Of a DNA stretch of 64,000 nt, positions 49,705-59,728 are shown one piece after another. The notes under the pieces are model-generated. The model saw nothing but the letters and a program-made list of their open reading frames with translations, was not told the origin of the DNA and made no database searches. The translations under genes were made by a program, and so were the position numbers. Origin of the DNA: Rickettsia sp. (lineage in GTDB: Bacteria; Pseudomonadota; Alphaproteobacteria; Rickettsiales; Rickettsiaceae); the NCBI GenBank assembly GCA_015657545.1, contig JADHZC010000011.1, forward strand, positions 216,571 through 280,570, read 5' to 3'. The stretch's first letter is position 1, and each line of letters starts with the position of its first letter.

Positions 49705-50802
49705 TCAATAATTTGACCATAATATGTTGTATACTCCATCAGTTTTTTTTATTATCGAGTATTTTCTAACAGCTATTGAATTTTTAAAATTAGTTTTGCC
49801 TAAATCTAAATAGAAATTATTAGAATTTAAATGATCAAGAAAAGATTGAAGAAAGTTATTTTCTAACATAATATTGGAATTCTTTAAAAGAACCTCATTT
49901 ATTAATAATGCTATATCATGAAATAAGAATTTATTATACTCATCATCATTAAAAAGATAATAATTATCGTCTTTAGCATTTAAAAGAGATGCAAGGCCTG
50001 CAAATGTGATAGAAAAATTAAGATCAAAATTGATATCAGAGTTATGTGTACCTGATATTACAGCTTTTTTTTCTAAACCAAACATAGAAGCTACACTAAA
50101 AATTTCATTAAATTGTAATTTTTTTCCTAAAATTATTATTGAAGTTTTTTCAAGATGAGAATTTTGTTTGTCAATTAAACGAGAAATTGTTTTGAAATTT
50201 CTGTTAATAGTATTTAAGTTATAATAAAAAAATCTATATCTTATTCCTGATTTAGGGCTGAGAAAAATCTGCATTTTATCTTGTATTTCTTTTGTACTGT
50301 ATTCTTCTGGTAATAAGAAAAAAAATCTACTGTGATTTTTAGAGTATAAAAAATAATTTACTAATGTTTTGATAGACTCTAAGTCACTTAAACCAAAAAT
50401 AAAAGAACTTTTATTAGCAAGTTCTTCAAAATTCGTGGGAGAAAAAATTGCTATTTGTTCTTTCGATAAATCAATAATTTTTTTATTATATTCATAATTG
50501 TTACTACCAATGATTATAATATTGTAATTATTTTCCAAAATATTATTTATATTTGTTTCAAGAGATTCGATTTCTGATTCAAAAAATTTTAATTTGATTT
50601 TTTTATTTAATTTTTCAGCAAGAACCTCCTGATATTCTTCTACTCTTTCTGAAGAAAATTCTTCTTTATTATACAAAAATGCCACGGAAAGAACTTTTGA
50701 GTAATTCTTAAATTCTATTTGAACTGGTTTATTTTTATCGGTACAAGATGTAAATATGAGAAAAGAGCAAAATAATAAGAAACTAAAAATTATTTTCATC
50801 AA
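49705..50802 (-). CDS. Putative lipoprotein, periplasmic-binding-protein-like (LpoA/LivJ-type fold?)
   Basis: Lipobox FLIFTSC. 365 aa with an alternating beta-alpha pattern. No firm family motif. Confidence 0.35.
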   Translation of the reverse strand: MMKIIFSFLLFCSFLIFTSCTDKNKPVQIEFKNYSKVLSVAFLYNKEEFSSERVEEYQEVLAEKLNKKIKLKFFESEIESLETNINNILENNYNIIIIGSNNYEYNKKIIDLSKEQIAIFSPTNFEELANKSSFIFGLSDLESIKTLVNYFLYSKNHSRFFFLLPEEYSTKEIQDKMQIFLSPKSGIRYRFFYYNLNTINRNFKTISRLIDKQNSHLEKTSIIILGKKLQFNEIFSVASMFGLEKKAVISGTHNSDINFDLNFSITFAGLASLLNAKDDNYYLFNDDEYNKFLFHDIALLINEVLLKNSNIMLENNFLQSFLDHLNSNNFYLDLGKTNFKNSIAVRKYSIIKKTDGVYNILWSNY

Positions 50803-50947
50803 ATGTTAAATTAAGGTATTTTAATGATAAATTAAAAATTATGCATTATAACAGAATTTTTAATTTTTTTCTAATATCTCATTAACAACAAACTTTATTA
50901 TGATATATTTATTATTAATAATAAATATATCATAATAATACTTACAT

Positions 50948-51949
50948 ATGACATTCATTGATGAAGCAGAAATTTTTGTAAAATCTGGAAATGGAGGCAA
51001 TGGCTGCTTAAGTTTTGAAAGAAGTAAAAACATGAGAAAAGGCCCTGCAAACGGAGGTAATGGAGGTAATGGAGGAGATATTGTTTTTTTAGCAGATTCT
51101 AATTTAAGTACCCTTTACAATTTTAAAAAACATAAACATTTTAAAGCTGAGAATGGACAAAAGGGAGGAAAAGATAAAAAAACTGGAAAATCTGGAGAAA
51201 ATTTAAAGATTAAATTTCCATTAGGAACACAGATTTTTGATGCTAATACTGGTCTAATGATTTGTGATCTATCAAAAAATGAACAAGAATTTTCATTTGC
51301 AAAAGGAGGGAGAAAAGGACTTGGTAATTCATGTTTTCAATCTTCTACAAATCAAAAATCTTATAAATATACAGAAGGAGACATAACTGAAGAAATCAAG
51401 CTAATCTTAAAGCTTAAAACTTTATCTGATATAGCTATTATAGGTTTGCCTAATGCTGGAAAATCTAGTTTAATATCTAAAATCACTGCAAAACAATCTA
51501 TAGTGGCTGATTACCCATTTACAACAATAAATCCTCAATTAGGAGTTATAAATTTTAGGAATAATTTTTTTACAATAACAGATATTCCTGGTTTAGTAAA
51601 AGGGGCTTCTACTGGTAAAGGGTTAGGACATAAATTCTTGAAGCATATTGAAAGATGTAAAATTCTTTTACATATGGTTGATATTTCCGAAGAAAATTTT
51701 GTTGAACATTATAAAATAATTAACAAAGAGCTAGAACTATATTCAAAAGAAACAAAAAATAAAATGGAAATAATTTGTCTAAATAAAATTGATAAATTAT
51801 CAAAGCATGATATTCAAATTAGAAAAAATATCCTACAAGAAATCACTAATAAAAATGATATTTTTATTTTGTCTTTATACCATAATTATGGTATAAATCA
51901 CTTAGTGCGTAAGCTTTGGTACTACATAAAATCTATTAGGGGAACTTAA
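50948..51949 (+). CDS. obg: GTPase Obg/CgtA
   Basis: FIDEAEIFVKSGNGGNGCLSF, a glycine-rich Obg fold, G1 GLPNAGKSS and DIPGLV. Confidence 0.95.
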   Translation: MTFIDEAEIFVKSGNGGNGCLSFERSKNMRKGPANGGNGGNGGDIVFLADSNLSTLYNFKKHKHFKAENGQKGGKDKKTGKSGENLKIKFPLGTQIFDANTGLMICDLSKNEQEFSFAKGGRKGLGNSCFQSSTNQKSYKYTEGDITEEIKLILKLKTLSDIAIIGLPNAGKSSLISKITAKQSIVADYPFTTINPQLGVINFRNNFFTITDIPGLVKGASTGKGLGHKFLKHIERCKILLHMVDISEENFVEHYKIINKELELYSKETKNKMEIICLNKIDKLSKHDIQIRKNILQEITNKNDIFILSLYHNYGINHLVRKLWYYIKSIRGT

Positions 51950-51960
51950 CATTTAGTAAA

Positions 51961-52788
51961 ATGTTTAATTTTATCTATATTATCATTTCAAAATCAAAAC
52001 ATATATTCCTTACTCTCAAGCGGTTACAAGCGATAATCCTTCTTTGTATATTTAATGTTACTGAAATTTTTGCAACAGCTCCTAGCCCTTGGCAAATGGG
52101 CTTTCAAAAAGCATCTAGCCCTTTAATGGTTGAGATTGAAAAATTTCATAACTTTTTACTAATAATTATTTTTTCAATCTCATTATTTATAATAGGACTT
52201 GTTTCTTACACTTGTTACAAATTTTATCATACTAGGAATAAAATCCCTAGTAAATTTTCTGATAATTTAACTTTAGAGACAATTTGGACGATAATACCAG
52301 TGATAATTCTTATTATCATATCCATTCCTTCATTTAGACTTTTAAGATTAGCTGAAAATGCACCACCTTCAGATTTCACTGTGAAAGTAATTGGGAATCA
52401 ATGGTACTGGACTTACAGTTATCCTGATCATGGAGGATTTTCTTTTGATAGTTATATGATCCAAGATAATCAAATTAAAAAGAATCAATATAGACTCTTA
52501 GAAGTTGATAATAAAATCTACATACCTAAAGATTCTGTGGTTAAATTTATTATTACTGCTAGCGATGTAATACATAGTTTTGCTCTTCCAGCTCTTGGCA
52601 TTAAAACAGATGCAATTCCAGGTAAAATTAACGAAACTTGGACAAAAGTTGAAAATACAGGTACTTATTACGGACAATGTAGTGAATTATGTGGTATAAA
52701 TCATGGATTTATGCCTATCGTATTAGAAGTTGTAGAAAAAGAAACTTTTAATCATTGGATAGAAAATTCACGAAAGAATTTTTCCTAA
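51961..52788 (+). CDS. coxB: Cytochrome c oxidase subunit II
   Basis: Two N-terminal TM helices. CuA site DVIHSFALPALGIKTDAIPG...CSELCGINHGFMP. Confidence 0.9.
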   Translation: MFNFIYIIISKSKHIFLTLKRLQAIILLCIFNVTEIFATAPSPWQMGFQKASSPLMVEIEKFHNFLLIIIFSISLFIIGLVSYTCYKFYHTRNKIPSKFSDNLTLETIWTIIPVIILIIISIPSFRLLRLAENAPPSDFTVKVIGNQWYWTYSYPDHGGFSFDSYMIQDNQIKKNQYRLLEVDNKIYIPKDSVVKFIITASDVIHSFALPALGIKTDAIPGKINETWTKVENTGTYYGQCSELCGINHGFMPIVLEVVEKETFNHWIENSRKNFS

Positions 52789-53107
52789 GAAATTATTGCT
52801 TTATTTGTATTTAGTAAATTTATGATTCTATTTGATTAGTAAGTAGCAAAAAAGCAATGAAAATATATACTGTTTATAATTTTTTTCTAATCTGTAACTA
52901 GAAAACAACAAAAGGTTTTTTTGTTTTACGTAATTTGTCTATTAGTAAATAGGGTTTTCAATAAAATATGAGGTATAAATTATATTCATATAAAAAATAT
53001 TTAAAAAAATATTATGATGTTAACTGATAAAAAATAAACTAATTATCGAAATATTAGCTAATATTTAATTAGTATTTATTTATTATTTAACCAAATATAA
53101 TATTTTT

Positions 53108-53653
53108 ATGACTGAAAAAAAAAATTTTTTACAAAAATTAGGTAATTTCAAAAAAGACTCACTAATGCCGATTTTTGCAACGGTTGCTATTTTAACAGTA
53201 ACATCTGTAATATTTCCTCCATTATCTGTATTAGCTTTAGGAGGAATTGGTGCTTATTTCGGTCATAAAGAAATTGAGAAATTATTTTTTTCTAAAAATA
53301 ATGCTGAAAATTCTCCTAATAATACTAAAAAGAGAAATGTAATGTCAACAATAGCTTTGAGTGCTACCGTTACAATAGGTGCAATGATGCCATTTTTAGG
53401 CATTTCTGCTGGGGCAATAGCCATTGCTACTAAGCTTCATAGAAATAAAATTATTAATTTTCCTAATAAACAAAATAATTCTTCAATAGAAAATACACAG
53501 ATTGATAAAGAAGAAGGAAATACATTAAATAAAATTAATACTGAAGAAATCAATGTTAAAGATAAACAGTCTGTAATATCTCAACCATCTGTACCAAAAT
53601 TTACTAATAACAAAAATGCTAGAGAAGTACAAAAAAATCAGATATCTAAGTAA
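53108..53653 (+). CDS. Orphan membrane protein with an internally duplicated Gly/Ala-rich TM hairpin
   Basis: 181-aa ORF. MPIFATVAILTVTSVIFPPLSVLALGGIGAYFGHKEI resembles MSTIALSATVTIGAMMPFLGISAGAIAIATKLHRNKI. Asn/Lys-rich tail. No family recognised. Confidence 0.4.
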   Translation: MTEKKNFLQKLGNFKKDSLMPIFATVAILTVTSVIFPPLSVLALGGIGAYFGHKEIEKLFFSKNNAENSPNNTKKRNVMSTIALSATVTIGAMMPFLGISAGAIAIATKLHRNKIINFPNKQNNSSIENTQIDKEEGNTLNKINTEEINVKDKQSVISQPSVPKFTNNKNAREVQKNQISK

Positions 53654-54123
53654 AATATGATAATATAATTAGCCAGATATGAAAAAAATATGATTTTGTT
53701 TATTAATTAGATAATCTTTATAGTCTAATCATATATTTTTAGAAAAAACTAAAAGAATTGTAAAGAAGCAAAATTACAATATCAACAAAATGTAATTCAT
53801 AAGTCTAAAAAATTTTACAAAAAATTATAATAACTCAAAATTCACTAAAAAGGCTAAAAGAGATTAATATTATTTCAAATACATAAAGAGTTTCTATAAT
53901 GTAACCAGAAATTTCTATATGTTGCTGATCAAGATAATTGAAAAAAGTTCTCTATTATTGATAATTCAAATAGGAAATTTTCTCAAAAATATAAGTTATT
54001 ATTTATAATGATATAAATGTGTTTTAGAATTATTAATAAAATATCTTAAATAAATCTCCATTTTGAAATATGCTATAGGACATAGATAAAAAAGCCTAAC
54101 TACGATATATACTAAAAGAAAAA

Positions 54124-54411
54124 TTACTTATAAAATATTTTTTTGTTTATAAGACAATTATCTATTTCAGGATAACTATCTTTTAACATTTGTTTAGTAT
54201 AATGAAGCCTATAAGGTAAATAAAAACTTCCTCCTAAATTTTGACAATGTTTCATTAATTCCTTAATAAAAAATCTCATAACCAGTTCATATCTAGTGTT
54301 TTGTTTTTGTGAAAAAAAACATACTAATGCAAAAATATCTTCTTTAGCATAAGGTAAAAGAGATTCTTTATCTGCTAAAATCTCTCTTATGGTAATTCTT
54401 ATTAGAATCAT
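54124..54411 (-). pseudogene. Short ORF, probably the C-terminal remnant of a larger (FAD-linked oxidase-like?) gene
   Basis: 95 aa, with a stop codon immediately 5' of its ATG. ...GGSFYLPYRLHYTKQMLKDSYPEIDNCLINKKIF resembles C-termini of FAD-linked oxidases. Only about 200 bp remain before the tRNA-Ala. Confidence 0.3.
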
Positions 54412-54622
54412 CTAAGCAAATTTAAATTTCAAATGCCCATTGAGAGTTTCAACAATTTTTAGTTTTTTTTTGCAGTAACGTCCAATCCTTTTATATTTAG
54501 CTTAAAATGATTAATCATAGTTTCTGAAAAATTTTTATTTCAGATCTTTCATGCAAAAAAATAGAAAAATAACCTATTTTGATAAAAATTTACTGATGTA
54601 AAACAAAGATTTTAATGTTTTA

Positions 54623-54698
54623 TGGTGGAAGCAGAGGGATTCGAACCCTCGACACCCTGCGTGCAAGGCAGGTACTCTACCAACTGAGCTATGCCCCC
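54623..54698 (-). tRNA. tRNA-Ala (UGC), CCA encoded
   Basis: The minus strand gggggcatagctcagttggtagagtacctgccttgcacgcagggtgtcgagggttcgaatccctctgcttccacca has a G3:U70 pair and anticodon loop CUUGCAC. Confidence 0.9.
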
Positions 54699-54777
54699 AA
54701 TGAAGATTGAAACTCTAACAAAAAAGCTTATTTTTGTCAAATATATTTAGACTTATTAATATTTTAATTTTTATTCT

Positions 54778-55377
54778 TTATTCATTCAAAGATAAGTGGT
54801 TTTTAATTCCTTGCCATCTATTTAAATCTTCTTCTCTTATGTCTAATAAATCAAGCATTCTATATATAGAATAATCTATCATTTCTTGAATATTTTGAGG
54901 ATTGTTGTAAAAATTTGATACCAAAGGACAAATAAATGCTCCTATGTTGCTAAGAATTAGCATATTTTTTATATGTATAGAATTTAAAGGAGTTTCTCTT
55001 ATTGCAAGTAATAAAGGTCTTTTCTCTTTGATAGCTACATGAGATACTCTAGAAATTAAATTTTCTTCATATCCATTTGAAATAGCAGATAAGGTTTTCA
55101 TGCTACAAGGAATTACTATTACAGAATCAAATAAAAATGACCCACTAGCAATAATAGCTCCTAAATTTTTATTTGCATGATAAACATCTGCTAATTCTAT
55201 TACCTGATCTAGAGAAAATTTCGTTTCTAGTTTGATGTTAATAGCAGCAAATTTAGAGATTACTAGATGAGATTCAAGATTATATTTTGATTTTAGGGAT
55301 TTTAAGATTTTAAGTAATCTTATAGCATAAATTGTTCCAGATGCTCCTGAAATACAAACTACAACTCTCTTCAACAT
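54778..55377 (-). CDS. ubiX: Flavin prenyltransferase UbiX
   Basis: VVCISGASGTIYAIRLLKIL, PCSMKTLSAISNGY and REKRPLLLAIRETP. Confidence 0.9.
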   Translation of the reverse strand: MLKRVVVCISGASGTIYAIRLLKILKSLKSKYNLESHLVISKFAAINIKLETKFSLDQVIELADVYHANKNLGAIIASGSFLFDSVIVIPCSMKTLSAISNGYEENLISRVSHVAIKEKRPLLLAIRETPLNSIHIKNMLILSNIGAFICPLVSNFYNNPQNIQEMIDYSIYRMLDLLDIREEDLNRWQGIKNHLSLNE

Positions 55378-55397
55378 ATATATGTAAAAATTTAATG

Positions 55398-55469
55398 TGC
55401 CGGATGTCGGATTTGAACTGACGACCTAATGCTTACAAGGCATTTGCTCTACCACTGAGCTAATCCGGC
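55398..55469 (-). tRNA. tRNA-Thr (UGU)
   Basis: The minus strand gccggattagctcagtggtagagcaaatgccttgtaagcattaggtcgtcagttcaaatccgacatccggca has anticodon loop CUUGUAA. There is one A:C mismatch in the T stem. Confidence 0.85.
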
Positions 55470-55621
55470 ATTTATACTATATACCCAAGCATCACAAGGA
55501 AGATAATAGAACAATTAACTTGTTATGTAAATAAATCATAATTCATTTTTATGTTATAATCTATATTAGTTTATTTTTTAGATATTTTTCTCAAAGTAAA
55601 AAATTTTTTAAGATATAAGAA

Positions 55622-56197
55622 ATGTTTTCTTTATATTCTGAATTTGAAAATGTTTTTCCAGATTTAAAAATCAATAATGAAATAATGTTAAGGTCTTTTC
55701 AAAAAGACGATGCTTATGATTATTTTCATTATATGAGTAATCCTGTAATGAAAAACTATGTTACCTCAGACAACATACCTGGTAACTATCTTGAATCTAT
55801 AAAAGAAATAGAGTATTGGCGAAGTCTTTTTCATAGAAAAATAGGTATATATTGGGCAATTGCATTGGTGAATAATAATAAGATCATCGGATCTATAGGA
55901 TTTAATTCTATTTCGTTTATTTTTTCTACAGCTGATATCAGTTATGATTTAAATCCAAAATATTGGAAAAAAGGTATTATGTGTCTTTCCATGAGTAAAA
56001 TTGTAAAATATGCTAAGAGCATTCTTGGTTTAAAGGAAATAACAGCTACTGTAGTACAATGGAATTACCCTTCTATTAAATTGCTTCATAAGTTAGGATT
56101 CTATAAATTAAAAATAATTAAAAATTATACAATGTTAGAAGGAGAAAATGCAGATTGTGTTTTATATAGTAAAAAATTGAATAATAGGCCGATATAG
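55622..56197 (+). CDS. GNAT-family N-acetyltransferase (RimJ/RimL-like)
   Basis: LRSFQKDDAYDYF...IGSIGFNSI...YDLNPKYWKKGIM...ATVVQWNYPSIKLLHKLGF is the typical RimJ-type GNAT pattern. Confidence 0.75.
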   Translation: MFSLYSEFENVFPDLKINNEIMLRSFQKDDAYDYFHYMSNPVMKNYVTSDNIPGNYLESIKEIEYWRSLFHRKIGIYWAIALVNNNKIIGSIGFNSISFIFSTADISYDLNPKYWKKGIMCLSMSKIVKYAKSILGLKEITATVVQWNYPSIKLLHKLGFYKLKIIKNYTMLEGENADCVLYSKKLNNRPI

Positions 56198-56260
56198 CTC
56201 AGTTGGTAGAGCAATGTATTCGTAATACAGTGGTCAAGGGTTCAATTCCCTTTATCGGCA
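56188..56260 (+). tRNA. tRNA-Thr (CGU)
   Basis: gccgatatagctcagttggtagagcaatgtattcgtaatacagtggtcaagggttcaattccctttatcggca has anticodon loop UUCGUAA. Its first 10 nt overlap the GNAT ORF's 3' end. Confidence 0.85.
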
Positions 56261-56420
56261 CCTAGGTAACTATCTTTTATAACCGTTTAATTACATTTTA
56301 CTAGATAATAAATCTTCTTTAAAAAGAAGAAAATTTTAATTAAAATAAAAAATTCTAGACAATTACTTTAAGATCCCATAGTATAAGGTAATTTTATAGT
56401 AATAATAAAGTAAGAAAAAT

Positions 56421-56840
56421 ATGAATAAAGATGATTTAATTATACAAATAGCGCAAGATCAGAAAATAACAAAAACTGATGCACAATATATGTTGGAAGC
56501 ATCTCTTAAAGGTATTACAAATCTCATGAAAAATGGTCAAAACCTTACCTTAGTAGGATTTGGAAGTTTTATAGTTTGGAATAGGGAAGTAAGAGAAGCA
56601 AGAAATCCAAATACTCAAGAGACAGTAACTGTACCAGAAAAAAATTATGTTTCTTTTAGAGCAGGAGAAAAATTGAGAGAGGCAGTGAATTTTAAAAAAG
56701 CGTTATCAGCCGCTAAAAAGAAAAAAATAGTAAAAAATAAACTTAAAAATATCTCTGCAACAATCAAGATTCACAAAGTATCTAGTGCAGCAAAGGTATC
56801 TTTAAAATCTTTAGAAAAGAAAAAAAGTAAAAAAAGTTAA
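56421..56840 (+). CDS. hup: HU/IHF-family DNA-binding protein with a Lys/Ala/Ser-rich C-terminal extension
   Basis: MNKDDLI..., LVGFGSFIVWNREVREARNPNTQETVTVPEKNYVSFRAGEKL is the HU fold. It is followed by about 48 aa: KKALSAAKKKKIVKNKLKN...AAKVSLKSLEKKKSKKS. Confidence 0.9.
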   Translation: MNKDDLIIQIAQDQKITKTDAQYMLEASLKGITNLMKNGQNLTLVGFGSFIVWNREVREARNPNTQETVTVPEKNYVSFRAGEKLREAVNFKKALSAAKKKKIVKNKLKNISATIKIHKVSSAAKVSLKSLEKKKSKKS

Positions 56841-57676
56841 TATAAATTTACTTTTTTATAGAATCAGGTTCAAAGCTTAGTAGCTGAAAATTTATTGTTT
56901 ATATAGGAAGTTCTAGCAAATATTTATATATCTTCATAGATCTTAGATATATTTTTCTATGCAGAGATTTGATATAACTTAATTATATCAAAATTTTTCC
57001 TTTTCATTCTCCTTTCTACTTCAGTACATATAGTACTATTGATATTATTTGAATTGCTATAAAGATTTGATAAATGCAAAAACCTAGTAAGGGTTAAATA
57101 CATAATATAAAGATAGCTTGAAATTAGGACAGTATTAGTAAAAGCTTATCCTAAAATATTAGTTTAAAAATCTCCTTGTATTTATACTTTTCTTTTATTT
57201 CATAAGTAATAAAAGCTTTTATTTGTGTATCTAAACTTTTAGTTTTTTCCTTCTATTATGGTTTTTATTTTGGCATTTTTTCTAAAAACAATATAGCTCT
57301 ACCGTGCTTTTTTTAGATTTAAACTGTATAAAAGTTGATTATTAGGGGGATTCCCTTTTGATTATGTGAATAATCCTATAATTAAAGCGTTTTTAGCTAT
57401 AAGCTACAAAGAAGATTCTGCAGTAGAGAAAAAGATACTAACAGAAGTAAAATTACCTGAATGGGTTTTGCAAGAATGGGTAAGAAATCGGATATGTTCA
57501 GAAGATTTAGGTAAGTTAGAAGATATGTTCAAAAGTATCAATAAGACAACAGATTTTGAGAATTGTTTATATGAAGCTTCAATATTAAATAATTTAGAAG
57601 CGTTCAAATTTGTTTTAGGGAACTAGGTGCAAAGAGTAATTTGATCTTGACAAGATATATGTAGTTTTTAACCAAT

Positions 57677-59062
57677 TTAAACCATTTTTTGTAAATTTAT
57701 ATATTGTTCAAATTCCTTCTCTGATAATAAATCTAGTTTTACAGCAGCTTCCTTCAAACTTAAATTTTCTGCAAAAGCTTTTTTTGCTATTTGAGCCGAT
57801 TTATCATATCCAATATAAGGGTTTAAAGCTGTAACTTGCATTAACGATCTTGCTTTATAAATTTCTATTTGATCATGATTAATCTTCATTCCGGCAATCG
57901 CTTTTTGTGCAAAATTCATTATAGAATCTGATAAAATATTGATAGATGATAATATATTATATATTACCAAAGGTCTAAAAACATTTAACTCTAAATGTCC
58001 ATTAGACCCTCCAATAACTATACTGTGATAAGATCCCATCACTTGCGCACAAACCATAGATAAAGCTTCACATTGAGTAGGATTTACTTTTCCAGGCATT
58101 ATAGAAGAGCCAGGTTCATTTGAAGGTAGTATTATTTCATTTAAACCACATCTAGGTCCAGAAGATAGTAATCTTATATCGTTAGCAATTTTCATTAAAC
58201 TAACAGCTAAACCATTTATGCTTCCTGCAAATTCCACTATAGAATCATTAGTTGCTAATGCTTCAAATTTATTTTTTGATGTTTGAAATTCTAATTTTGT
58301 AAATTCTGCAATAGCTTTTACAATTTTTTTGTCAAAATCTTTTGGAGCATTTAGCCCTGTACCAACAGCTGTACCTCCTTGGGGTAAAAAATGTAATTCC
58401 TCTAAAGATTTTTTAATCCTTTTTATAGAAGAGTGAATTTGGAAATAATATCCAGAAAATTCTTGTCCAAAGGTGATAGGTGTAGCATCTTGCATATGAG
58501 TTCTACCTATCTTAATAATATCTTTCCATTCTTCAGATTTATCATATAATATTTTTTTTAAATTTTCTAAAGCAGGCATTAACTTACTTTGTGTCTCTTG
58601 TACTATTGCTATATTCATAGCAGTAGGAAAAGAATCATTGGAAGACTGACTTTTATTAACGTGATCATTAGGATGTACGGGTGTTTTGCAGTTTTTATTT
58701 CCTTCCAATCTTTCATTACAAATACAGGATATTACTTCATTCACGTTCATATTGCTTTGTGTGCCAGATCCTGTTTGCCAAACTGATAAAGGAAATTTAT
58801 CTTTGATATTTCTATCATGTAATAAAAAATTTCCAGCATCTAAAATTGCATCAGCTATTTTTTTATCTAATATATTTGATTCCTTATTTATGCGTGCAGC
58901 GCAAATTTTTATTATTATCAATGCTTTTATAAGAGATATAGGCATTTTTTCTTGTCCTATACTAAAATTTTCAATCGATCTTTGGGTTTGAGCTCCCCAG
59001 TAAGAATTAATATCTACCTCAATTTGTCCAATTGAATCAGATTCAAATCTAAAATTTTTCAT
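57677..59062 (-). CDS. fumC: Class II fumarate hydratase
   Basis: GSSIMPGKVNPTQCE is the fumarate lyase signature. 461 aa. Confidence 0.97.
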   Translation of the reverse strand: MKNFRFESDSIGQIEVDINSYWGAQTQRSIENFSIGQEKMPISLIKALIIIKICAARINKESNILDKKIADAILDAGNFLLHDRNIKDKFPLSVWQTGSGTQSNMNVNEVISCICNERLEGNKNCKTPVHPNDHVNKSQSSNDSFPTAMNIAIVQETQSKLMPALENLKKILYDKSEEWKDIIKIGRTHMQDATPITFGQEFSGYYFQIHSSIKRIKKSLEELHFLPQGGTAVGTGLNAPKDFDKKIVKAIAEFTKLEFQTSKNKFEALATNDSIVEFAGSINGLAVSLMKIANDIRLLSSGPRCGLNEIILPSNEPGSSIMPGKVNPTQCEALSMVCAQVMGSYHSIVIGGSNGHLELNVFRPLVIYNILSSINILSDSIMNFAQKAIAGMKINHDQIEIYKARSLMQVTALNPYIGYDKSAQIAKKAFAENLSLKEAAVKLDLLSEKEFEQYINLQKMV

Positions 59063-59691
59063 GAAATTATATAATGTATATTTTGATTGTTTAGTAATTT
59101 AACATTGATGTTATAATCAGGAAGAAAATTGTCAATGATCTCTTGGATAAAAATTTCTCTGCAATTGTAAATAGTAATTTTTTCTTGAGAAGAAAATTTA
59201 AAATTTCTGTAAAATTTTGAATGTTTTATATCAGAGTTAGAATTACAAATGATTTGAATAATATCTTTTTTTTTTACAGTCTCTACAATAAATAATATTT
59301 TACCTACGGAACTCATAGCATCTATTGCTATTGTAAAAAGAATTATAGAAATCCTTCCTAAAAAGCCATCTAAATATGACAAACCATTCCTAATGTCTAT
59401 TTCTAAACTAATTTTTTTTTTAGCAACATAATTACCTATGATCTTACAAACATAAGAAATCTCAATTTCTTTTTCTCCAGATACTATTCCATATACACTT
59501 CTGTAAAATCTGACTTTATTAATAAAATTACTAGATTCAAAACTTATAATTTCTCTTGCTCTATTTTTGATTTCTTTTTCTTCATTGTCTAGCAAACCTA
59601 TACAATTATCTAAAGTTACCGCAACATCAGACATGTCATGACATAGCATTGAAATTAAACTCTGAAATAATTTTATTTTCTTATATTTCAT
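59059..59691 (-). CDS. chpT: ChpT-like histidine phosphotransferase
   Basis: LISMLCHDMSDVAVTLDNCIGLLDNEE and RAREIISFESSNFINKVRFYRSVYG parallel the Caulobacter ChpT motifs LAARLCHDFISPASAIVSGLDLLED and ...LLQFTRVAFG as I remember them. 210 aa. Overlaps the fumC start (ATGA). Confidence 0.6.
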   Translation of the reverse strand: MKYKKIKLFQSLISMLCHDMSDVAVTLDNCIGLLDNEEKEIKNRAREIISFESSNFINKVRFYRSVYGIVSGEKEIEISYVCKIIGNYVAKKKISLEIDIRNGLSYLDGFLGRISIILFTIAIDAMSSVGKILFIVETVKKKDIIQIICNSNSDIKHSKFYRNFKFSSQEKITIYNCREIFIQEIIDNFLPDYNINVKLLNNQNIHYIIS

Positions 59692-59728
59692 CTAATTTTA
59701 ATTAAAATAATAAATTTTCTTATCATAT

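Noticed and set aside
57366-57626. 86-aa GTG-start ORF (…NCLYEASILNNLEAFKFVLGN) as a possible ankyrin-type gene
   Set aside because: Only a faint ANK-like helix pair is present. It has a non-ATG start and a fully overlapping antisense ORF of similar size. Evidence is insufficient to call it a gene; at most it is another fragment.
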